NCBI GenBank assembly: GCA_964445525.1
Contig: CAYULA010000010.1
Span: 1,158 to 65,157 of the forward strand
Reading direction: 5' to 3'
Length of the DNA: 64,000 nt
DNA from: an uncultured Thermoplasmatales archaeon
GTDB lineage: Archaea; Thermoplasmatota; Penumbrarchaeia; Penumbrarchaeales; Penumbrarchaeaceae
The notes under the pieces were generated by a model that had not been told where the DNA came from, made no database searches, and worked only from the letters and a program-made list of their open reading frames with translations. The position numbers and the translations under genes are program-made. Numbering within the stretch: position 1 is the stretch's first letter; each line of letters opens with the position of its first letter. Below, piece after piece: positions 26,819 to 34,816 of the stretch.

Positions 26819-27975
26819 ACCTCCCCCGGATATATCGGGGACATGGCCCTGAGCTCTTTCACGATCTCCGGCATGACCCCTATCACGTGGTCAACATCAT
26901 CCTCGGTGTTATACGGACCGAGGGTAAAAACCAGACTTCCGTGAGCCTGTTCGTGCTTCAGACCCATTGCGAGAAGGGTCTTGGAGGCTTCCAGAGTCTT
27001 CTGAGCACAGGCAGAGCCCGTTGCAACCGATATGCCGTTCATATCCAGCATCAGAAGCATGGACTCGCCCTCTATGTAATCGAACCTGACATTTGCATTG
27101 TTGGGCAACCTCGAGACCGGATCCCCGTTCAAGTGGGAATCCTTTATGGAAGTCAACCCTCCTATCAATCTGTCTCTGAGCCTTTTCAAATGAGAGGATA
27201 TCTCGTCCATCCTCTCTTTGGCTATCCTTGCGGCAGCACCCATACCAACCATTCCCGGTATGTTCTCGCTTCCGCTTCTCATCTTCATCTCCTGACCCCC
27301 GCCCCTGATTATTGGCGTCATCTTGACACCTTTTCTTATGAAGAGGGCCCCTGTTCCCTTGGGTCCCATCAGATCAGAAGAGGACAGAGTAGCAAGATCA
27401 ACTCCAACATCTTTGACATTGAATGGGGACTGAAAACCGGACATTGTCAGATCAACATGAACCAGGGCACCGGCAGAATGAGCGGACTCCACGATCTCCT
27501 TTACGGGTTGGACGGTTCCAACCTCATTGGAAGCAAAAGGCATTGTCACCATGGCTGTTTCCTCATCAATCTTCGATCCGGCATCATACAGGTCTATTCT
27601 ACCCATCTCATCGATTTCAATAATTTCCGTTTTAAAACCGCTTGCGGAAAGTGCCTCTACCGTCGATCTGACCGATCTGTGATCCACCTGGGTCATGACC
27701 ACCTTTTTCCTGTCTTTAATGTGAGGCAGAGGTCCCCTCAGAGCCAGATTGATCGATTCCGTTGCTCCCGAAGTGAAGATTATCTCCGAAGGATCCCCCG
27801 ATATCAATGATGCAACCTCTTTTCTTGCCTTTTCCATCGCTTCCCTTGGCAACCTCCCCATCTCATGGATCGAGGAGGGGTTTCCGAAATGATCCTTAAA
27901 AAAAGGCAGCATTTCCTGAAGGACCTCTTTTCTAACCGGCATTGAGGTAGCGGCGTCGAGATAGACCCTTTCCAT
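26815..27975 (-). CDS. iscS: IscS/NifS-family protein (cysteine desulfurase homologue) lacking the PLP-binding lysine
   Basis: 386 aa. Class V aminotransferase motifs SGATESINLA, HVDLT and GSAC (catalytic-loop Cys). The position of the canonical S-x-H-K reads SSSDL (Asp201, codon 27373-27375). Overlaps iscU by 4 nt. Confidence 0.88.
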   Translation of the reverse strand: MERVYLDAATSMPVRKEVLQEMLPFFKDHFGNPSSIHEMGRLPREAMEKARKEVASLISGDPSEIIFTSGATESINLALRGPLPHIKDRKKVVMTQVDHRSVRSTVEALSASGFKTEIIEIDEMGRIDLYDAGSKIDEETAMVTMPFASNEVGTVQPVKEIVESAHSAGALVHVDLTMSGFQSPFNVKDVGVDLATLSSSDLMGPKGTGALFIRKGVKMTPIIRGGGQEMKMRSGSENIPGMVGMGAAARIAKERMDEISSHLKRLRDRLIGGLTSIKDSHLNGDPVSRLPNNANVRFDYIEGESMLLMLDMNGISVATGSACAQKTLEASKTLLAMGLKHEQAHGSLVFTLGPYNTEDDVDHVIGVMPEIVKELRAMSPIYPGEV

Positions 27976-28044
27976 TTTACAAGTCTCCTTGAAACTACAA
28001 AAGAAAGGTCCGTATAAAAGATTCGCACCTGAATGGTCCTGGGT

Positions 28045-28680
28045 CTAGTCCCCTCTGTCCTTGAAATAATGTTCGATGATCTTCTTCTGACCCCTTCTCA
28101 GTGTTTCGGAAACCGAGGCAGTCGATATCGAGAACAATCTCGCAAGCTCCCTGATCCCGATCCTCTTCGGGAAGTCGTAATAACCTCTTTCAAGGGCTGT
28201 CTTGATTATCTTTTCCTGTCTGGGGGTTAGTGAATCCTTGTCATCTATGGGGTGGATCATTATCAGTGAGGATTCGATGTCCCTCTGGTTCAGGTTTTCC
28301 ACAAGTTTCTGAAGCTGGAGCTTCTCGTTCATTATCAGCTTCCATTCCACCCACCCCTGGGAATCCGTGGTAGCGGATATGAGAAAACATCCCGATTCCA
28401 GAATTGACCGGCAACCGCCGCAGCCTTTTGTTCCGACTATGGTAATTACCTTGTCCTGATCCACCTGGCTGGCCTTGACGAAATCCACGCCATCAAATTC
28501 ACCGATGATCTTCTCCAGCAGATTCGGATCGGTTCCGTTCAGTTTTATCTCGGCAAGGTCCTGTACACCTTCATCACCGAAGGGGATGGTGTCCAGGATG
28601 TTGACCTTTATCGGAAGTTGGCCGGTAGACTTGCCTACCCAGCTGTTTTGAAGATTAACTGAGAGGACCGCTTCGTACAA
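28045..28680 (-). CDS. HTH_10 (Bat-type) DNA-binding transcriptional regulator
   Basis: 211 aa. C-terminal LTPRQEKIIKTALERGYYDFPKRIGIRELARLFSISTASVSETLRRGQKKII is the classical HTH_10 signature. N-terminal domain contains a CGGC motif. Confidence 0.85.
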   Translation of the reverse strand: MYEAVLSVNLQNSWVGKSTGQLPIKVNILDTIPFGDEGVQDLAEIKLNGTDPNLLEKIIGEFDGVDFVKASQVDQDKVITIVGTKGCGGCRSILESGCFLISATTDSQGWVEWKLIMNEKLQLQKLVENLNQRDIESSLIMIHPIDDKDSLTPRQEKIIKTALERGYYDFPKRIGIRELARLFSISTASVSETLRRGQKKIIEHYFKDRGD

Positions 28681-28985
28681 TGGATCACCTTGAAGGGGAT
28701 TGATTAAAACCTAATTAATACTTCTTATATTGAATAATAAAATGCTCTTCTTATTTATGAAAAATCGATCGAAGCCTGCTTCGATCGAACGTACAAACCC
28801 CGCCCACCCCGGACTTGATCGGTATTTTTGCAATCAACAGTATTTAAAGACTGGAATAACTGGACTTATTAAATTTCCTATATGATGAAAAAACGGTAAT
28901 ATCCTCCTTGATCTCCGGACCTATCCAACAATGTACTGTAAAGCACATAGAACAACCTTGATGCACATTTTTCCTGCACATTGAT

Positions 28986-30425
28986 ATGGAAATATCCAGT
29001 ATTATGGAGGGAGAAAGATTATTACTGTGTAGGTTCCTTAATCAAATGCTGAATAATATGGAGAAAAAAAAAGCCTCAAAAAAAGATGATTGGTCAAAAG
29101 AGGACGAGGTTGTTTCCGACCAACCCATTGATATAAAGGAAACAGATGACGAACTCGAAGATGACGAGGAGGAAACATGGTGGTCCTCGGGTGCCGATAG
29201 AACCGCTCGTGACTGGATCAGGGAAGAGGTTGAAAAGGCTCACTGGGATTCCGAGGACAATCCGTGGAGAAGAGAGGCCGTCAGGTCAAACGAGGAGAAA
29301 AGATACCTTGAAAACGAGGTTATGAGGCTGCAGAACAAGGTGATGCTTCTCAACGGCGAACTGAATAGGTTGAAATCGCCGCCCCTGATCGTGGGTACCG
29401 TATTGGATCACCTGAAGGACGATCAGGTAGTTGTATCAACTTCGGGAGGACCTTCTTTTGTTGTCAAGGTTCTCACCTCAATTGAGAAAGGTTCCATAGA
29501 GATCGGGGACAAGGTGGCCCTGAACAAGGACACGATGACAGTCACCAGCATTCTTCCTTCCTCCAAGGATCCTCTCGTGGGATCTGCGGAGATGTTCGAA
29601 CGCCCTGATGTTGGATTCCGTGATATCGGGGGACTGGAAGAACAGATAAGGGAGCTCAAGGAAGTTGTGGAGCTTCCTCTCGTAAAGCCTGATCTCTTCA
29701 GGGATGTGGGCATAGACCCACCCAAAGGAGTTCTTCTTATCGGACCTCCGGGTTGTGGAAAGACCATGCTCGCCAAGGCTATAGCAAAGGAGACTAACGC
29801 TACATTTCTCAGAATGGTGGGCTCGGAACTTGTTCAGAAATATATCGGAGAGGGTTCGAGAATGGTAAGGGAACTCTTCCAGATGGCCAGGGAGAAGAGC
29901 CCGACGATACTGTTTCTGGATGAACTTGATTCCATTGCAGGAAAGAGATCCGATTCCTCGACCTCCGCCGACAGGGAAGTCCACAGAACACTTATCCAGC
30001 TTCTTGCCGAACTGGATGGATTCGATCCACTGGGAGATGTCAGGATCATTGCTGCAACTAACAGACCCGATATCCTTGACAGCGCCATTCTCCGACCGGG
30101 AAGACTCGACAGGATAATCGAGATACCCATGCCCGATCTCAAGGGCAGAACGGAAATCTTCAAGGTCCATACTCGAAAGATGTCTCTGGACAAGGATGTT
30201 ACAATAGATGAGCTGTCGGCAATGACCGACGGATTCAACGGTTCCCAGATAAAGGCAATTTGTACAGAGGCCGGTATGTATGCCATAAGGTCGGAGAGAA
30301 GGAAGGTTGAAATGGATAACTTCAGGATGTCAATCAAGAAGATAAGGGATACTTCCAGTGATGAAACACTGCTTCAATTCAGATCTTCCCCTCTCAGAAA
30401 AGAGGGATATTCAATGTTTGCCTGA
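28986..30425 (+). CDS. pan: proteasome-activating nucleotidase (AAA ATPase) with extended acidic N-terminus
   Basis: 479 aa. Coiled-coil then OB segment (NRLKSPPLIVGTVLD), Walker A GPPGCGKT, Walker B ILFLDELD, second region of homology ATNRPD. C-terminus ...YSMFA is HbYX-like. Start uncertain; internal Met candidates are MEGER and MEKKK. Confidence 0.9.
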   Translation: MEISSIMEGERLLLCRFLNQMLNNMEKKKASKKDDWSKEDEVVSDQPIDIKETDDELEDDEEETWWSSGADRTARDWIREEVEKAHWDSEDNPWRREAVRSNEEKRYLENEVMRLQNKVMLLNGELNRLKSPPLIVGTVLDHLKDDQVVVSTSGGPSFVVKVLTSIEKGSIEIGDKVALNKDTMTVTSILPSSKDPLVGSAEMFERPDVGFRDIGGLEEQIRELKEVVELPLVKPDLFRDVGIDPPKGVLLIGPPGCGKTMLAKAIAKETNATFLRMVGSELVQKYIGEGSRMVRELFQMAREKSPTILFLDELDSIAGKRSDSSTSADREVHRTLIQLLAELDGFDPLGDVRIIAATNRPDILDSAILRPGRLDRIIEIPMPDLKGRTEIFKVHTRKMSLDKDVTIDELSAMTDGFNGSQIKAICTEAGMYAIRSERRKVEMDNFRMSIKKIRDTSSDETLLQFRSSPLRKEGYSMFA

Positions 30426-30427
30426 TC

Positions 30428-32440
30428 TCAATGTATCTTCGAACCGGGTTCTACATCTTTGTCGATTGTCAGTAATGAGACGATTTCCCCGCTTTCGGCA
30501 GCCAGGAGCATTCCGTTGGAATCGACTCCCCTGAGCTTTGCGGGTTGGAGATTGGAGACCAAAATGATCTTTTTTCCAACCATTTCCTCTCTTGAATAGT
30601 ATTTTTTCAACCCTGCAACAATTTGTCTTGGCTCGCTTCCGCCTATATCGACCTTGATGATGTAAAGCCTGTCCGCTTTGGGATGGTCCTCCACACTCAG
30701 TATACGGCCCACTCTGAGGTCCATTTTCATGAAGTCCTCGAAGGCCACCAATCCTTTCTCTTCCTGTTTTTCATCCATTTCCGTTGCCTCCTCTTCGGTC
30801 ATTTCAGGTGGTTCCAGTTTGGTAAAGAGGGGTTCTGGCATCTCAAGTTCCATACCCTCTTTGAAAGGTTCGAACGCATCCGTGTAATTCCCCTTCCCGG
30901 GTCCCTGCATCTTCAACATATCATACCATCTTTCAACGGCATGAGGAATGTAAGGATAGAATCCATAGGTGAGATATCTGCCTATCTGAAGGGATATATT
31001 CAGGACGGTCTCGCACTTGCTCCGATCCTCCTTTATCAATTTCCATGGGGCCTGGCTGTTGAAATACCTGTTTGCCTCGTTCACAAGTGCCATCATAGTG
31101 TGGATACCTTCTTTCAGACGCACTTTCTCCATGGAATCCAGGGCCCTTGTATAGTGATCTTGTGCGGTTTCGAGAATTTTTTTATCATCAACTGATAATT
31201 GTCCCCTAAAGGTGATCTTCCCGAAATTCTTGGCCATGAAAGATACAACTCTGTGGAGGTAATTTCCCAGTGCACCCAGTAATTCGGTATTGTTCTTCTG
31301 AACGAATTCAAAGAGGTCGAAATTGGAATCACCTCTCTCTGGCATGTTCATGGAGAGGTAGAACCTGAGCGGATCAACAGGATAATCCTTGAGGAATCCG
31401 TTAACGGTAACACCGTGACCCCTGGATTTCGAGAACTGCTCCCCGTCCCATTGGAGATACTCATTAGAGGGAACATCATAAGGAAGGTTCAATCCGCCGT
31501 ATCCGGCTAGTATGGCAGGCCATATGATCGTATGGAAAGGGATATTATCCTTTGCGAGGAAGTAGTAATGCCGGCATTCGGGATCCTTCCAGTATGATTC
31601 CCACATTTCGGGTTTACCCATTTCCTTCCAATGAAGCTTGGAGGCAGAAAGATAACCACAAACAGCCTCGAACCAGACATATATCCTTTTATCATCGTAA
31701 CCTTCTATGGGAATAGGCACGCCCCATGTGAGATCCCGAGTTATTGCTCTGTCCTTCAAACCGTCCCTTAGAAAGTTCTCCGTATTGTTTCTGGTATTTG
31801 GCCTCCAGCTTACCTTTCTCTGTTCCACAAAGTCCCTTATCTTGTCTTCCAGCCGGGATAGAAGAAGGTAGAAGTGCTCCGTTTCCTTGAATTCTGGCCT
31901 TCCACCGCATAACCTGCAGACCGGGTTCATCAACTCGACCGCATCAAGAACCTTGCCGCAGTTATCGCATTGGTCGCCTCTTGCCTGCTCGTAGTCACAG
32001 TGGGGACACTGTCCTTCGATATATCTATCCGGCATGAACTTCCCGCATGAAGCACAGTAAGGAGCCTCCTCCGTTCTAGTTTCGATGTACCCGTTCTCCC
32101 TGAGTCTGAGGAAGATGTCCTTTACCACATCAAAATGATGCTCCGTGTGTGTTTTTGTATAGATGTCATATGATATTCTGAGAGCGGAGATGGTCTCAAG
32201 AATGGAGGCATGGTTTCTCTCCGCAACCTCTTTTGGCGATGTTGATTCCTTATCAGCTGTTACGGTTATCGGAGTTCCATGCATGTCGGATCCTGATACG
32301 AACAGGGTATCGTAACCCTTCATCCTGCAGTATCTGGCAAATATGTCAGCCGGCAGAAGACAGCCGGCAATGTGACCCAGATGCAGGGGTCCGTTGGCGT
32401 AAGGCCATGCCGCTCCAATGAATATCTTTCTTTCCGACAT
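30428..32440 (-). CDS. metG: methionyl-tRNA synthetase with C-terminal Trbp111/EMAP-like tRNA-binding domain
   Basis: 670 aa. HIGH motif (PLHLGHIAG), KMSKS-like KFSKSRG, Cys-rich knuckles (CASCGKF, CPHCDY, CDNCGK, CRLCGG). C-terminal DLRVGRILSVEDHPKADRLY OB domain. Confidence 0.93.
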   Translation of the reverse strand: MSERKIFIGAAWPYANGPLHLGHIAGCLLPADIFARYCRMKGYDTLFVSGSDMHGTPITVTADKESTSPKEVAERNHASILETISALRISYDIYTKTHTEHHFDVVKDIFLRLRENGYIETRTEEAPYCASCGKFMPDRYIEGQCPHCDYEQARGDQCDNCGKVLDAVELMNPVCRLCGGRPEFKETEHFYLLLSRLEDKIRDFVEQRKVSWRPNTRNNTENFLRDGLKDRAITRDLTWGVPIPIEGYDDKRIYVWFEAVCGYLSASKLHWKEMGKPEMWESYWKDPECRHYYFLAKDNIPFHTIIWPAILAGYGGLNLPYDVPSNEYLQWDGEQFSKSRGHGVTVNGFLKDYPVDPLRFYLSMNMPERGDSNFDLFEFVQKNNTELLGALGNYLHRVVSFMAKNFGKITFRGQLSVDDKKILETAQDHYTRALDSMEKVRLKEGIHTMMALVNEANRYFNSQAPWKLIKEDRSKCETVLNISLQIGRYLTYGFYPYIPHAVERWYDMLKMQGPGKGNYTDAFEPFKEGMELEMPEPLFTKLEPPEMTEEEATEMDEKQEEKGLVAFEDFMKMDLRVGRILSVEDHPKADRLYIIKVDIGGSEPRQIVAGLKKYYSREEMVGKKIILVSNLQPAKLRGVDSNGMLLAAESGEIVSLLTIDKDVEPGSKIH

Positions 32441-32487
32441 GCTCTAGGGATAATGGGAGGTCATATTTGAAATTCGGGATTGCAGCC

Positions 32488-33330
32488 TCATACCGCTTTG
32501 AGAAAACCCAGCACAGGTTCATAGAGGAGACCCTTATCAAGGAGATTGGAAATCACCTCTTCGATTATGTTCCGGGATAGCCTCTTCTTCTCCACCATAT
32601 CGATCAGATCGTCCCATCTGGCTCCATCCCCTGAGTCCAGTTCCGATATCATTGCCACAACTTCGTCTTCATACTCCTCCAGATCATCGGAATTGTCGGA
32701 CATCTGTTTGCTGGAGATGTCTTTTGCCATCTCAATTTCCTTGGTAAACCTGGTCCTGTCGATGGTGAGGAGGGTGTCCCTGATAATTGAATTTGCGATC
32801 TCGACGGTTTCCTCTCCTCCCCTGGGTTCTTCGGGTTTGGGAACTTCGAGACCTTTTCCCGGAAGAGGACCTCTACCCTCCAATTTCCAGAGTCTCGCAA
32901 GAGCATCCCTCACCGACAGTAGATACCATGAGTCCCTCTCCTCCTTTTCTATCCTGACAATGGACTCGGGATTGATGGTTACAACCCTTTCACCCCTTCT
33001 TGAATCGAATCTGGTTATCTTTCCGACCACTGTGACAAAGCAGGGAACATCCAATCCTGAGACAAATTCCACAAGACCCGGATTGAAACGTCCCACCATG
33101 AAAGAGATTCCACCGGTGGGATCAGCGATCCTCAGCTTGAAAAGCTGGGACCCATCGGATCCTATATCGTCTTTCTCCATGAGCACTCCCGATACGACTG
33201 CTCTATACAGACAGGCTCCCGTCGGAGTGATCTGATATGCCCTGGGTCCGTCTTCATCAGAGGGAGATACCTCTGTGGAGTTTAGAATATCCTTTATTAG
33301 AATTGGTATGGCAGGCTCCCTCCTCCTCAT
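32488..33330 (-). CDS. RPA-associated protein (COG3390-like OB-fold protein) with C-terminal winged-helix-like region
   Basis: 280 aa. YQITPTGACLYRAVVSGVLMEKDD...LRIADPTGGISFMVGRFNP matches the pattern of euryarchaeal Rpap proteins. 4-nt overlap with the upstream rpa gene. Confidence 0.7.
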   Translation of the reverse strand: MRRREPAIPILIKDILNSTEVSPSDEDGPRAYQITPTGACLYRAVVSGVLMEKDDIGSDGSQLFKLRIADPTGGISFMVGRFNPGLVEFVSGLDVPCFVTVVGKITRFDSRRGERVVTINPESIVRIEKEERDSWYLLSVRDALARLWKLEGRGPLPGKGLEVPKPEEPRGGEETVEIANSIIRDTLLTIDRTRFTKEIEMAKDISSKQMSDNSDDLEEYEDEVVAMISELDSGDGARWDDLIDMVEKKRLSRNIIEEVISNLLDKGLLYEPVLGFLKAV

Positions 33331-34631
33331 TCCACCACCCCCAGAAGCAGAGAGAGCTCATCCATCAGAAGATCCTTGTTCCATCCAGCTTCCAACCTGG
33401 ATACGTTGAGGTTCATTCCGTAATCGTCCATTATGGACACTCCGGTTACCGTAAAGGTTCTTGCCACCAGGGCTCTCTCCAGTTCCTCGGTGACCATATC
33501 CGGATCCATTGCTTCTCTGACTTCGCTGGAAATTACCTCCATCGGTCTTTCAAGAATGTTTTCCACAAGGGATCTGCCTCCTCTAAGCATACAGGTTCCG
33601 GTACCATCGTCAAATACCGCACGGATCGCCATATCCTCTTCCCCTTTCTTCTTCCCGTGAACCGTACATTGGCCCTTGATAAGCTTCCTTCCGCATTCCT
33701 CGCATTTCCTGAAGATACCAGAGCCGGATCTGACATCCAGAACCGTCCCTCTCAACCTTACCTGTCCACCCAGTCTTGTTTGTATGAGTTCCGATATTCT
33801 CACATCCACCGGTGCTTTCAGATCCTCGTAGGAAGGAAGCCTCTCATCCGGAACCATCTTGATTATTGTCCCGTTATCAAGATTCAACCTGAGTATTCCT
33901 TTGTATTCCTTTACATAACCGCCAATCACCCTGTAGCATTCGCCCTCCTCTATGGGAAGGGGATCCCAGCATGTGATATCGATTCTCCCCGAGCTGTCTG
34001 CTATGGTTCCCCTGAGAATCTCCTTCGGTTTGTCATTTACATTGACCTCTCTTTTATTTAGATCTATTATCCTTCCCTCGATATCCACCTTCCTTGCATC
34101 CGGTTCCAGTTCTCCGATCATGCCCGGAACCGCATCTTCAACAGGTGGAAGCAGGCCTTCAACCTCCTCGGTGGACCTTATGGTAGACTTTTCGTTTATC
34201 ACCACTTCCAGCTCATCCCTGAAGGTTCTGACGGAAACATTCTGAATCACCAGTGCTTCTCCCGGTGTGTAATCGAATGTCCTCCAGGCCGAAAACCTCA
34301 GTGTCGTGGAGGAATCCCCCATCAATCCATAGAAATATTCACCCTTGCCGTCCTTTCTCTCACCGCGATGAACGGTGATGAGCCTCGCTCTTATTGTTAC
34401 GCCGTACATCCCCTCCTCGATCTCGGATAGGTCCGTTATGGTTCTATGTTCTCCCGGTGGGTCGATACCGTAATTGCCGTAAACCGACCTTTCCGCCTCC
34501 TCCAGAGGGATCCCCAGATCCCTGGATAGGCGGTGGACCTCTTCTTTCATTTTCTGAATGTTGTTCATATCATCACTTCCTGACGCCCTGTCTGTTCCAT
34601 TTTCGGGCGTGTTCTGATTATTCACGGACAT
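33327..34631 (-). CDS. rpa: replication protein A (ssDNA-binding, multiple OB folds plus zinc finger)
   Basis: 434 aa. Repeated OB-fold-like segments and the zinc motif CEECGRKLIKGQCTVHG. Operon with the Rpap-like gene. Confidence 0.8.
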   Translation of the reverse strand: MSVNNQNTPENGTDRASGSDDMNNIQKMKEEVHRLSRDLGIPLEEAERSVYGNYGIDPPGEHRTITDLSEIEEGMYGVTIRARLITVHRGERKDGKGEYFYGLMGDSSTTLRFSAWRTFDYTPGEALVIQNVSVRTFRDELEVVINEKSTIRSTEEVEGLLPPVEDAVPGMIGELEPDARKVDIEGRIIDLNKREVNVNDKPKEILRGTIADSSGRIDITCWDPLPIEEGECYRVIGGYVKEYKGILRLNLDNGTIIKMVPDERLPSYEDLKAPVDVRISELIQTRLGGQVRLRGTVLDVRSGSGIFRKCEECGRKLIKGQCTVHGKKKGEEDMAIRAVFDDGTGTCMLRGGRSLVENILERPMEVISSEVREAMDPDMVTEELERALVARTFTVTGVSIMDDYGMNLNVSRLEAGWNKDLLMDELSLLLGVVE

Positions 34632-34778
34632 AGTCCCGCCTCAAGAGACAATTTCCGGATAAGGTTAAAAAGCATTGGCACAAGGAGATGAGTGAAAGTG
34701 AATACGACCGCAAAATGGATATTTCCGAATGTGCTTTCAAAATGGGGTTTGGGCAAGGAAAGGGTTTCCCACTGGACC

Positions 34779-34786
34779 TTTATTTA
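34779..34786 (+). promoter_or_regulatory. putative TATA box (TTTATTTA) for the TPR gene, implying a short or absent leader at ATG 34817
   Basis: Lies about 31-38 nt upstream of ATG 34817. A TTAAAAAG element at 34665-34672 could serve the divergent rpa gene. By-eye motif only. Confidence 0.3.
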
Positions 34787-34816
34787 CCGGTTCAAGACCT
34801 TCCATGGAGAGCTCCA

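Noticed and set aside
26887-27810. 307-aa plus-strand ORF
   Set aside because: It lies entirely antisense to iscS and has no recognisable motifs. Shadow ORF.
28884-28945. Possible C/D-box sRNA (ATGATGA C-box in the pan upstream region)
   Set aside because: There is no CTGA D or D' box at the required spacing, and no terminal stem.
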